Below, piece by piece: positions 45,932 to 58,559 of a DNA stretch of 64,000 bases. Numbering within the stretch: the first letter of the stretch is position 1; the number at the start of each line of letters is the position of its first letter. Source of the stretch: Neovahlkampfia damariscottae (Eukaryota); contig JABLTG010000002.1 in assembly GCA_016618085.1 (NCBI GenBank), positions 1 to 64,000 of the forward strand, read 5' to 3'. Under the pieces are notes generated by a model. That model did not search any database. It was not told the origin of the DNA and worked only from the letters and a program-made list of their open reading frames with translations. Position numbers and translations under genes: made by a program.

Positions 45932-48144
45932 ATGGTTTGGAAATGTGAAAAAACTCAAATTGAAAAGAAATTTCCAAACAAATTACAAAAATTTGGACAT
46001 ATATCATGCCTTGCTGCAAAAGATTTAAATTTCTCATTCAACGATTTCTTACTAGTTTCAAATCAAACCAACAGTAGAATAGTTAAAGTGTATATTGACG
46101 CAAATATTGATTTATTATCAAATAAGGAATATAAAGTAAGCTATAATTTCTTTAAAATATTTAGAAAATTATTTTTGTGAATAAACACCTTTTTCAACAA
46201 TTATTTAAAGAAGATTTAATTGAAAATGTCAATATACAGGTTTTAAAATACGTAGAATATATATCAAAAATCACCTTGAATACAAATTTTAATCAACTTT
46301 CAACATTTTGTAATTTAAATATTAATTAACTCCTTTTCTAGATATAAAACAATGTTTGTGCAATTCTCATGTCAAAAAAGATGATACACTGAAATTAATA
46401 TCAAATTTATCAAATAGTTTTGTGGACTTTAAAATTTCTAATTTAGATATTCCTGAAGGAATTGTATCTGAAAACACAAAAATTTTTTATCAAAAAGAAA
46501 TAACAAAAAATGAAGAAAATTTAGAATTAGAGAGAAATATAAATTTATTACAAAAAATGAATGAAAATGTTAATTTATCAAATTCAATTTTAATTCATGG
46601 ATTTATTGGAATTGACAAACTAAATATTGTCAAGAATCATTTTTCTAATTACAAGGTAATATTGAATAAATTACTCAATTTTAAGATAATACAAGTTACT
46701 TCAGGTGAAATATATGCAAAAATATACAATTCAAGCGAGAATGAAGATGCAACAAATTTAAAAAATATTTTCAATTATGCAAAACAAAATCAACCATCAA
46801 TTCGTAAATCAAAGATTTTTTAAAATTTTTCAAAAGTATTATTTGATGATATCGATTTATTTTTTCCGGATTCTTTTGATAAGAACTTTGAAAGAAGTCT
46901 AACTTTTGATTTTTTGAAAGTGTTAAAAGATGTAGAAGATTATCAAATTTTGATCATAGGATTGACAAATAATGTTAAAAAATTAGATCCATTTATTAGA
47001 AAAAAGTTTAGTGAAGAAATTTTAATTGATGTTTTGAATAATGAAGAAAGATTTGAAATGATTTCACATTTATCACAAAGATTTGATTGGTCAATCTCAA
47101 AAGAGTTTGATTTGAAAAAATTGAATTCAAAGTTATTCGGATATTCATCAAATGATTTAAAATTAGTTTTTAAATTAGTTTATCAAAATTATTCTAAAAA
47201 TTATGAAAAAATTGAAATGAAACATTTCGAAAAAGTGTTAGGTGTATTCAAACCACTTTCTTTAAAATTTTCAATTTCTCTAATTGAAATACCAAAATTA
47301 GAATGGAAAGAAATTGGTGGTGTTGAAAAAATAAGAAAAAAACTTGAAGAAATGATCATTTTTCCTATTATTCATAAACAAAAATATAAACAAATGGGAA
47401 TATCACCACCAGTTGGGATTTTATTTTTTGGTCCTCCTGGTATTATTCAAATATTATTATTCATTTTTTAAAATAGGCACTGGAAAAACAATGATTGCAA
47501 AAGCTGTTGCTACAGCAAGTGAATCAAATTTTATTTTTGTAAATATTTCAGATCTAATTCATTCACAAATTGGTGAATCAGAAAAAACACTTTCTGATAC
47601 ATTTAAAAGAGCAAAATTATCATCACCTTGTATAATTTTTTTTGATGAAATTCAAGCAATGTTTGGTGATCGTCAATCATCAAATCAAAGTGAAAAGAAA
47701 TTAATCTCTCAATTCATCTTAGAATTAGATGATATTTACTATTCCAAGATACATGTTGTTGTAATAGGTGCTACAAATGTTCCTCAAAATTTAGATCCAT
47801 CATTATTATCACCTGGTAGATTTGAAAGAGTAATGCTCATTGGACCTCCATCAAAAGAATCAAGAAAATCAATTCTTGAAAATTCATTTAAGAAAATGAA
47901 ATTTTCAAAAGAAATATTTGAAAATTTAGATGAAATTGTTGATAAAACAGAGGGCTATACAGGCGCAGATCTTGTAAATGTTTGTCAAAAATCGGGTTTA
48001 GAAGAATTAAAAAATTTAGAACAAGAAATTGAAGAAATATCAATGAATAGTTTTATGAAAACATTAAACGAATCTAAACCATCTATCTCAGAAGAATTAA
48101 ATGAATTTTATCAAAATTGGAACGAATTTAGAAATTATTCATGA
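45932..48144 (+). CDS. CDC48/AFG2-type double AAA+ ATPase with degenerate D1 (about 6 exons)
   Basis: D2 has WKEIGG, GPPG|TGKT, FFDEI, GATN and GYTGADL. D1 Walker A reads HGFIGIDK. Confidence 0.85.
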
Positions 48145-48152
48145 ATAAGAAT

Positions 48153-48953
48153 TTAAAATTCAACATCGATAACATATCTATCAAAAAAAACATTAAATAT
48201 CTCTTCTCCCATTTTATCGTATCCTTTTGGTGTAAAGTGTAAGTTATCATCCCATAATTCTTTTCTTTCTTCTTCTGTTGTTGAAGAATATGGTATTTTT
48301 GAATATAAATCACATAAAACCATCTTCTGTTGATTTTGTTTTACATATTCTCTTAATAAATCATTGGTTTTCCTTTTTCTTTCATTATATTCTTCATAGT
48401 CAAAATCCTAAACAATTAAAAATATAACATGTCTTTTACCACTACATTTTCTGGAATGGTCACACAAATTGTCATCATTACTCCTTGACTGAAACATAAT
48501 TCATGTATTTTCTTTAAATTTTCAAAGATTTGTTCTGCAGATAATTTGTAAGCCAAGTCATTTGTTCCTCCTAAAATTATTGCCACTTGAAATTGATTTT
48601 TTTGATTTAATTTTAAAATTTTTTGACATCTTTTATACATACCTTCCGTGACTTCACCAGATTCTCCATATTCAATCGCCTAGAAAAAAATGAATTTTTC
48701 AACTTTGATTACTTCATAGTCAAGAGAATTTTTTTTAATCAATTCATTTAATTTTATACAATAAGAATGTTGTTTATATCCTCTGAAATAATATCCATGA
48801 GTTAAAGAATCACTTTTGTGTTGATTCAAAAAAAATGAAATACCCTAAAGCTAATATCTTTGGCGTGGATTCTTCAATTTTTTCATCTTTTTTCACTTCT
48901 AACTTTTGATCAGTTTTATTTTGTTCTTCTTTTGTTGATGTTGTTGATCCCAT
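48153..48953 (-). CDS. SGNH/GDSL hydrolase, possibly N-myristoylated (4 exons)
   Basis: Spliced LG|DSLTHG, GESG, GGTNDL, DNLH blocks. N-terminus MGSTTS. Confidence 0.85.
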
Positions 48954-49041
48954 TATGTTTCTGGTTGAAACAAGTTTAAAAAAAGTCTTGATTTTATTGG
49001 TTAACAATTTGACAAGTAAAAACAAAGTTAAAAAGAGGTCA

Positions 49042-49434
49042 ATGAAAATTTTCATCGTTTGCTTTTTTATTTTTATCCTTTCTATTTCAACTGAACAACT
49101 TGCTGAATCTTCGAATTGTGATGGTCTTCGTTGGGCCATGAACCCAAGAAGTGTAACATTAGCAACTTTACAAGTAACTGGTAAAATGAAGAAAGTTTCA
49201 GATGGTGATTATTGTTTAAAGACTTTAAAATCACCACGTGGAAGTACATTTAATAATGTATCACCAAATCCGGAACAAAATTGTTATCCTGTTCCATGTA
49301 GAGGATCTGTTGTCCATTTAGAACCAACTGCTGTACAATATAAATTGTTTTTAGTACATGATGGTGAAAGTATTGTCAGCTATAAACATGATTTTGGAAT
49401 TATGCCAAACAAAGAAAAAAAAATAAAAAAATAA
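49042..49434 (+). CDS. Small secreted protein of unknown function
   Basis: Signal peptide MKIFIVCFFIFILSIS, four Cys in the mature part, stop within AATAAA. Confidence 0.65.
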   Translation: MKIFIVCFFIFILSISTEQLAESSNCDGLRWAMNPRSVTLATLQVTGKMKKVSDGDYCLKTLKSPRGSTFNNVSPNPEQNCYPVPCRGSVVHLEPTAVQYKLFLVHDGESIVSYKHDFGIMPNKEKKIKK

Positions 49435-49579
49435 ATTGTAATTCAACTTTATTTCTGTTCATTTTTAAGTTTAAGATCAAAAAAAAATTAGGAGAGTAAA
49501 AAATGGAAAATTTAAAACAAATAAAAACAGAAAGACCATTTGATTGGACAATGGAAAAACAAAAAAAACCAACACTAAA

Positions 49580-51354
49580 ATGAGAATTCCAAAGACACCA
49601 ATAATTGTTGATGAATTCAAATTTGTTCCTGGTGTTTATGTTTACTTGCTGACTCATTTACATACAGACCATACTGCAGGTCTAAAACCCTCATGGAATT
49701 GTGGCACCATTTACTGCTCGAAAGTTACAAAAGAATTACTTCTGGAAAAATTCAAAGTAAATTCAGACTTTGTAGTAATTTATAAATCCAAATTTTAATT
49801 TTTCTTTTTTTCAGGTCGCTCTTGACGAAGATAAAGTTCATCAAATACCTTTGGATTCTTCAAAAACTATAACAATGCAAGTTAAGATAATTGATGCCAA
49901 CCATTGTCCTGGTTCTGTTATGTTCCTTTTGGAAGGTTATTTTGGTACTATTCTTCATACTGGTGATTTTCGTTTTGATTCAAAAATTCTGGAACATATA
50001 AAAGATAAACAAATAGATATTTTATACTTGGATGATACTTTTTGTTCACCAGAATATGATTTTCCACCAAGAGTAACCTTTTTTTTTTTTTTTAGTTTCT
50101 TATTTTTAGAATGATGCTGGGAATGATATTGTTTCAATCATAAAACAAATACCTGAAGATGTAAAAATATATATTGCTGTAGATACACTTGGAAAAGAAG
50201 AACTTTTAGTTGCACTTGCTTTTCAATTTAAAACGTTAATTGTTGTCAATGAAGAACGTTTAAAAATGATTAATTCTATAAAAGAAATTTGTAATATACC
50301 TGATGTATTCACTCATGATTCATCACTTGGAAGAATTCATGTCATTCCAAAAAAAGAGTTAAACTATCAAAAGTAAAAAAAAAAGAAAAATTAAATTTAA
50401 GAATTGTTGAAGAACGTAAAATTAGACCTGTTGTTGGTATATTTCCATCTGGTTTAAATATTCATGCAATGAAAAAGGAAGAAAAATTTAAAAGAAAAGC
50501 TATTTATGTAATATTTTATATTGTTTTCTAAAATCATTTTTTAGAGAGTACCTTATAGTTTACATTCATCTTATAATGAATTATTATTTTTTGTTAAAAG
50601 TATTTCACCAAAAAGACTGTTCAGTGTTTCAAGAAATGATAATGTTTCTTTACAAAATGAATTTAAAGAATATTTAAATAAACAAGAATCAAAATCATTT
50701 GAAATACCAATTTCAGTTCAATTATCAATGGAAACAAAACAACAAAAAATAGAAGTCTCAACAAAAAAAATTCAAACACCAAAAAAATTTAAATTGAAAA
50801 AAAAGAAGATGATTAAAGGAGCAAAAATAACGAGTTCAGAAACAGAGTCAATTGATTTAACAAGTGAAAGTGAAAAAGAATACTCAATGAAAGAAAAAGA
50901 TACAAAAGATGGTACTATTGAATTATTAAAGATTTTGGAGAATTTTTCACAATCAGAAGATGAAGTTAGTGATGATGATGAATTTGTTTCGGCTTTGGAA
51001 AAGTTCAAAAACTCAGATACAACACAGTCAATAGATGATAGTTGGACAGTACAATCAACATTTGTAGAAGAATTTTCAAGCACATCTGTTGAGATAAATG
51101 ACATCCATTTGGATGATGAAACACAAATCCCAGAAGAAATAGAAACAACATTGATAAAAGAAGAAATTATTGATTTAGAATGTTCAGATGAAGAAGAAGA
51201 AGAAGAAATAAAAACATCAAAAAAAAGACCATCACCCTCAAAATTATTCAATGAAACTAAAAAAACTAAATTTGATTTATTTTCAATTTGGGAAAAAGAA
51301 AAAGAAACAAAAATGAAAAAAGAAGAAGAATTAGTCATTATTAATTTAGATTAA
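49580..51354 (+). CDS. DCLRE1B: SNM1B/Apollo-like beta-CASP metallo-beta-lactamase nuclease (5 exons)
   Basis: IPKTPIIVD, THLHTDHTAGL, DANHCPGSVM, HTGDFR, LGKEELL, VPYSLHSS. Acidic C-terminal tail. Confidence 0.8.
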
Positions 51355-51362
51355 TGATTTTA

Positions 51363-54300
51363 TTAGAATCTATTTCCTCTTGCAGTTTTACCTTTTGATT
51401 TTCTTGATGTAATAGCTTTTTGTTTTTTTTGAACAATAATTCTTTCTCTTCTCAAGAAAATGAATCTAATCAATAAATCATTAAGTTTAATATAACCTCT
51501 TTTAGTTGGATCAAGTACTTTGATTAAATGTTCTGCATCTTGTTCTGAATATTCAAGTTTCATTTTTTCAGATAATTCCAAAACAAGTTGTTTATCAATA
51601 TTACAACGATTTGTTTTATCAGGTTTGAATTTTTTATATAATTTTCTAACATCTTTAACAGGAGGATCAATATAATAAATTTGTTTCCATTGTTCATTAT
51701 CAACTTCATCAATTTTAGTTTTAACAGCATCAAATAATTTTGCAATAATTTGATCAACTTTTACTCTTTTAAATAATTCTTGTTCAGTTTCAATATAAAA
51801 TATAAATCTTTGAATTGCATCTTCTAAAGCATCTTTAATATCTTCTGTATCTTCTGATGTAAATATATAATGAAGTTCTCTTCCATTTTTCATATATTTA
51901 ATATCCATTCCAAAATTATCATCATCTAATTTAAATGATTCAATTATTGAATAATTAATTTCAAATGCTAATAATTTATTTTCAAAAACACAAATTGAAT
52001 CATGAGTAAATTTAAGATAATTTTGAATTTTCTTTTTTTGATTTTCTCTTTCAATATTAACATCAAAAGTAGCATTACAAAATAAACTATTTGAATGAAT
52101 TGATAAATCATAAATCATTTCAGCTAATGCATCACGTTGTGCTTCTGTATCACATGTTAACCTTAATGATTGAACACTTTTTTTTTGTGCATTTTTATGA
52201 ACTGAAGAACCTTTTCCCATTGTAACTAAACCACTTTTATCTTCATTATAAACATATTGCATAAATATTTCATATGCATCTTTTCTACAACAAACAGCTT
52301 GTAAATCAGAATATAAAATTTCTAAATGAACTCTTTGATCAAATGGATCTAAAACTAAAATTGAATCTAATGTTAATTTTAATAATCTTTCTTGTAATTT
52401 ATCTTTTGATGTAACTTTATGAACTGAATAAATGATTGGTTGAAATTTTTTTGACGAAAATGGAATTCCAATATTTTTTGATTCAATAAATTGAGTTAAT
52501 TCTGACCAATCATAAATATATTTAACTAAACTTTGGTTATGTGGTAAATATAAATTTCCATTTATAACATCTTCTGATTTTTGAATATCTTCCATTAATT
52601 TTAAAGTTGGATGAACTACTAAAATATTTTGACATCCTTTAATTTCTGATTTTTTCATTAATCTAATCAATTCACAAACAACTGGAAATAATGATGTATT
52701 TTCATCTGATAACTTTTCCCATGAACAATCAATCACTAAAACATATTCTTTTTCCAATGATTTTCTAATAGTTTTATAAAGGTATGCAACAAAATAATCA
52801 ATTGGATTTAAGAATTGTACATCAACTCTTGATAAAATAAAATAATAAACAATATCTCCTGATTTGGCAGGTTTCCCAGAAAAGAAATATCGATTTTGAT
52901 CCATATTTTTAAATTCAATTTGTTTTTCTTTAATTTCTTCTAATATTTCATTCAATGATTTATCAATAATTTTAGTTTCTTCAAGTAAACGTGGACTAAA
53001 CATCTTTCTATGATGTTTATTTTCGTCATCTTCTTCAACTTTGAGTTTTGTTGATGATTGGCCAAGTGGTAAAATTGAAAATATACTTTTTCTTTTATCT
53101 GCATTTGGTGTTTCTGTTTTAATTTGTGGTTCAGATGTTGTTTTAACAAATTCATTCTTTTTTGGGTTTAAAATTGAAATTCTTTTTGTCATTGGATTTA
53201 TGCTTGGACTATTAATACGAGAGTTTGATTTTGCTGAAATTAATTGTTTAAGACTCTTTTTTTTATCCATTCCACCACATGCTTCATTAATTTTTTCTAT
53301 CCAATCAAAAAGATCATCAATATTATTGGTGTAAAATTGAAATACTCTTGATGAATTCACCACTTGAATTTGAAACTCAAAATGTGTTTCACCTTCAATT
53401 TCAATTTCTTTTCCACCATTATAACATGATTTTATATCAGATAATTCAATTGTACCTTTTGGATCATGTGTTGCATCAGTTTCAAAATATGAAATTCTTT
53501 TTGGAGCTAATACGAAATATCTTCTTTTTAATCCCTTATTACCACCTCCTCTTTTATAAAGATAACCTTTTTTTCTAATTTTTGAATCAACAATATTTAA
53601 TAATGATTCATTTTCAGTTGATTGTTGACTAGCCAAAAGAGTGGAAACTTCATCAACTTTTGTTGCTTCTTCTTCAAAATCATCATTTTCTTCTTCTTCT
53701 TCTTCTTCTGATTCATCATGTTTCTTTTTAAGTTCTTCTAAAGTTAACATTTGTTCAAATTTTAATTTTCTTTCTTTTGGTTTGGTAATTTTTGGTTTTG
53801 GTTTTGATTTTGTTCTAATTTTATATTCTTCCAATCCTTTTTCATAAACTTCTGGTGTAACTAATGTAGCTCTATGATAATAATAATTTGGTTTAACATC
53901 AGGTTTATCTTCCAATGAAAATTCATATAATTTTACAAAATGAATAACTCCTTTGATATCTGAAATTTGTTCTGATTTTGCAAAAAATATTGAGTATTCA
54001 AGTAACAAAATATAAGCTCTAAGTTGTTGTTTTGAATCAAATGAAACTTTTTTGTTATCATATGAAGTGAGTTCTCTTGGAAGACCTGCTGTAATTGTTG
54101 TTTTACAAAGACCATCATCTAATTCAAATACATATGTACCATCATAATTTTCAACTAAATTTAATGCTTTATGAAATTTATGATTAAAATTTTTATCATA
54201 ACTATGTTTGAATTCATTATCATAATTTGACATATTCTCCAATAAATTTATAACAAAATCATAGCTACCACGTTCAATTTCTCTTGAATATTTATCAAAT

Positions 54301-55006
54301 TCTACATTCCAAGCATGAGTTACAATTGAAATCTATTTTTAGAAATATGAATAAAAGTGCTTACAGAAGCCATTAAAGACAGACTTTGTTTTGGATGTTG
54401 AAGAAATATATCTCCAATTTTAAATAAACTACCTGTAATTTCTTCAATTTTTCTTGTACATTTTCTTGGTATACATAAATTCAAAAGTGGATCATAATCA
54501 AAAAATAAATTACCAACTAATAAAAATGGTCTTGGATAATTATCTTCTCCTTTTTGTTTCCAAGTACCAGAAAATAATGGTGAGAGTATATTTTGACCAC
54601 CATTTTCAAAAGTAAAATCAAAAGTATGTCCATAAATAATTCCAACAAAAACTTCTGCTCTTACTGTTTTTGGATCTACAGGTATTCTTTCTAATGTTTT
54701 AATATAATCAGTTTGACAATCAGTTCCGATAATATGAAACATATTCCAAAGTAGTGCTTTAGTTGGTAAATGATGAATTGAATAGTAATTTAAAAATTGT
54801 TGTGGACTTGAAAGTGATTTTGCTAGAGCTTCTAAAGTGACAGAATATTCTTCTTTAATTTTATTGTCATCAAATGATTTTTTTAAGAAGGTTTCTAACT
54901 TTGCTCTGACTTTTACTAATCCTTCTGTTTCTACAATAGTTTCATCAATCCATCCAGGAAAAAAATTATTTAGTGGAGTCAATATTGCTCTCCTTATCAA
55001 CAACAT
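51363..55006 (-). CDS. Multidomain protein: unknown N-domain, PH, NF1-type Sec14/CRAL-TRIO, PH-like domains and EF-hand (2 exons)
   Basis: KKGYLYKRGG...WIEKI (PH), FFSGKPAKSGDIVYYFI...YVLVID (Sec14-like), DPTKRGYIKLND (EF-hand). Intron 54333-54364. Confidence 0.75.
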
Positions 55007-55233
55007 GTCTTTCTCTTTTTCTTTTGTTTTGGGAGCAGATGATTGGTTGTTTTTTTCAACGGATTTTTCTGATGATAAAGAAGAAAAAATTCCCGATATT
55101 AAAACAATTTTTTCACTTTTTTTGAGTTTTTAAAAAATATTATGAACCAATCATTTTTTTGACTCAGTTTGAAACTCATCAATAGACAAACCGACTGTCC
55201 TTTAACAAATTTAAAATTGAATCAAAATAAATT

Positions 55234-55645
55234 ATGATACTAGCAAAAGACGTTATGACCCTTGCAAAAAATCTCATAGTTGTTGCATCAACAGAGAATT
55301 TACTTCAAACTGTTACAATTTTTATGGAACAAAATATAGGTAGTGTTTTAGGTAGAATATATAATTATATAAAAAAATTTAGTGAGTGAAGGAGATGTAT
55401 TTCTCGGAATTATAACTCAAAGTGATATATCAAAGGCTTATTATAGACAATTTGATATCACAAAAACAAAAAATAAAGCTATTGTACAAAAAACTATTCA
55501 TTCATGTGATGAAGATGATACCATTGAAAAAGTAGCTCATCAAATGTTTGACGAAAAAATACATCATGTTTTAGTGATGAAAAATGGAAAAATAACTGGA
55601 TTAATTTCTTCAATTGATTTACTTAAACCATTAGTACAAGAATAA
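55234..55645 (+). CDS. CBS-pair domain protein (2 exons)
   Basis: AKDVMT, GIITQSD, IHHVLV, GLISSIDLL. Intron 55352-55382. Confidence 0.85.
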
Positions 55646-55731
55646 AAATTATATTTTTTTTTTCCTTCCAAAAAAACGTTAATAAAAAAGGTCCAATCAA
55701 TTTGTTGTAATTTTGAATTCAACTTGATTGA

Positions 55732-57190
55732 ATGGAGAAGGAAAAAAAAAATTATAAAACCATTTTTCTGGATTCTCTTAAAGAAAGAAATGAAAATGAA
55801 AGAATATATTCACAAACGATAAAAGATTTTCAAAAGTTGACTTTAGAAACACCTTCTATTGAACAATTAAGTCAATTAAATATGAATTTAGTTTCAACTT
55901 TAAGAGATAAAGCACAAATGGTAGATTCAACATTAGCTTTATCAAATATATTGAATCAACTTGATGAAGAATGTGATGAAATACGAAATCAATGTATAAT
56001 TTCAGATTTAGAACAACAAATGATAAAAAAAAAAACAAAAGAGTTACAAGATGAAAAAGAAGAATTAATGACTGAATTAAAAAGAAGAGATGAAGAAATT
56101 AAAAATTTATATGAAAGTCAAAAAATAATACAAGAAAATAATTTATTTTTAAAAGAATCAAATGAACAATTAGAAAAAGATGTAAGTTTGTTAAAATTAA
56201 AAAAATGTGTTGTAGGTAATCAATTTAGAAGAAGTATTATTAAAATTAACTTCACTTAAAAAATACACAAATATTTGTTATAAAGAGACAATAAATAGTT
56301 TTCCAAATGATTTTTTAAAAGAATTTGAAATACATTCAGATTCAGTTACACAAGTTAAATTTCATCCACAAGGTAGTTTAATAATTAGTGGATCAGATGA
56401 TTGTACAATTAAAATTCAAGATTCAATTACTAAAAATATACATTCAATTTTAAGAGGAAGTTTAAATGGTATTTCTTCAATTGATATAACTAATACACAT
56501 ATAATATCAACATCAAATGAATATATAACAAGATTATGGAATATTTCAAAATCAAAATTAGTTCATACATTTCATGAACATCGAAATATTGTTAGAAGTT
56601 CAGTTTTTTTAAATTCTCAAAAATTTTTTTCTTCTTCTTTTGATAAAATGATAAAATTATGGGATATTGATTATAATAAAAGTATAAATACATTTACAAG
56701 TGGAATGGATGAACCATTATTTCAAGTTTCAAAAAATTCAACAATGATGGCTTCTTTTTCATTTAAAACTGTACATATTTGGAATTTAAATAATTTAAGA
56801 TCTGGAAAATCAGTTCAATTAAATTTAAAAAAAGATATTTCTTCAATTGATTTATCGGAGAATGATCAATTTTTATTGGTAAATTATAGAGATTCTTCAA
56901 TTGATTTAATTGATTTAAGAAAATTTAAATTATTAAATTCATTTCAACATATTGATTATTTGAATAATCAAGACTTTAATCATGCCATTTTTTCAAAAGA
57001 TTCAAATTTTATTTCAGTTGGTTCAGATACAGGTTGTGTTTTGATTTGGAATTTATCAAGAAATGATCCAAAATCTATTTTGAGAAATTCAACAAATAAA
57101 CCAATATTATCTATTGATTGGAATTTTGATTCAAGTCAATTGATATTTGGTTCAAAAGATAAAACAATATCATTATTTGGTTCAAAATGA
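55732..57190 (+). CDS. ATG16L: ATG16L-like autophagy protein (coiled coil plus WD40), 2 exons
   Basis: N-terminal helix YKTIFLDSLKERNENE...IKDFQKL, coiled coil, then WD40 repeats (HSDSVTQVKFHPQG, SFDKMIKLWD). Intron starts at 56182. Confidence 0.7.
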
Positions 57191-57329
57191 TACCTTGACT
57201 CTTTGATATCTGAGTTTAATAAAGTTATATGATGAATTAAGTTTCAAGTTGATGTTTAAAATCAATAAAACTTAATATTTTTGATCATTTAATAAAGTAT
57301 AATTTGGACCAATCGTTATCTATCAAATT

Positions 57330-57797
57330 ATGTTTGAACCTGTGGGTGAGGTTTTAAATTTTTTTGGTACATTTTTAAATCAAACAAAATCTATTAATTT
57401 TTATGAATCTTTCATAAAAGATTCAACTGATTTCATTTCAGCTATAAATTGGACAGAGGATTACTGGATTTTTTTGATTTTATTTTTTCATTTAATTTTT
57501 TTTATTTTTGTCTTTATAACGAGGAAAAATACGAATTTACAAGCTATAATATTAATTTCAAATACAGTCATTATATTTTTTTCAGAAAATTTCAATACAT
57601 TTTTATCCAAAAATTACAAGAAATTTTCGAGTCAAAATTATTTTGATAAAACTGGAATTTTCATTGGTATATTTATTTCAGGACCATTAATCTTAATATC
57701 ACTTTTCATAATTGTTTCAACATTAAGAGAAGTAGCTCAATTATTAGTAAAAGTAAAAAGAAATCAAATTAAGAACGAAACAAAAAAAAATCAATAA
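57330..57797 (+). CDS. TMEM18: Transmembrane protein 18
   Basis: AINWTE, FH, SENFN, FSSQNYFDKTGIF and SGPL motifs, basic C-tail. Confidence 0.85.
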   Translation: MFEPVGEVLNFFGTFLNQTKSINFYESFIKDSTDFISAINWTEDYWIFLILFFHLIFFIFVFITRKNTNLQAIILISNTVIIFFSENFNTFLSKNYKKFSSQNYFDKTGIFIGIFISGPLILISLFIIVSTLREVAQLLVKVKRNQIKNETKKNQ

Positions 57798-57805
57798 AAA
57801 AATAT

Positions 57806-58523
57806 TTATTCTCTTTTTCTATAAATTAATGGATAAGATATCATTGATATCAATATAAGAACAAAAGAAAATGGAATTATTAAAAATATTTTCCAAATTC
57901 TATTTAAAAAATAATTCGTCAAAAATCCAAGAAGTAAAGTAAATAAACCAAAATAGATACATGTATAAGCAATGATGACATGATAATTTTTAAATTTGTT
58001 TTTAATATAACCATATTTTAATAAAACACCAAAAATAACATTCAAAATGGTCAATAAAATTGTACTTATTCCAAACAATGAATGAAATCCTTTGAAATGA
58101 GTTTTAAATAAAAAATATCGATGAAAATAAACAATTGAAAAACTAAAAAGTGATATCATTAAAGATACTATTTGTATATAAAAATGTTGATCAAGTAGAT
58201 TTTTCTTCTCTGAAGGAACAATATTCATTTGTCTATTATTTTTTTTAGAATTTTAATAATTCAAACCTTGCCACCAACATTCCCTCTATGATTAAAAATC
58301 CATATGTAAATGTCATTAAAATTGGATGAATTGAAAAAAAACGAATTTCAAAAGTGAAAAATAAAACAATTAAAAAAGTTAAAACACCAATCATTCTCAT
58401 AGAAGCATCAGAAAATGTATTATTCGGTTCTCTAGGTGAGAATGTATTTGATAAATCTACATTTGATTCACCATCTAAAAATGAAGGCCCAGGACTTTTC
58501 CTACCTAAACTTTGTCCAAGCAT
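57806..58523 (-). CDS. Cytochrome b561 domain protein (2 exons)
   Basis: FSIHPILM, QHFYIQ, HFKGFHSLFG, NYHVII: four heme-ligand His across TM helices. Confidence 0.8.
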
Positions 58524-58559
58524 TTTTTCATCCAATCAAAAGTAATAAAAATTGAATAT

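Noticed and set aside
49042..49055. 14-bp palindrome ATGAAAATTTTCAT giving MKIFI starts on both strands (overlapping genes)
   Set aside because: Likely chance in AT-rich DNA. The minus gene more plausibly starts at MGSTTS (48953), with a CCAAT at 48996 between the two starts.
57190..57300. Possible C/D snoRNA (ATGATGA) here and near 22414
   Set aside because: No properly placed D box or terminal stem.
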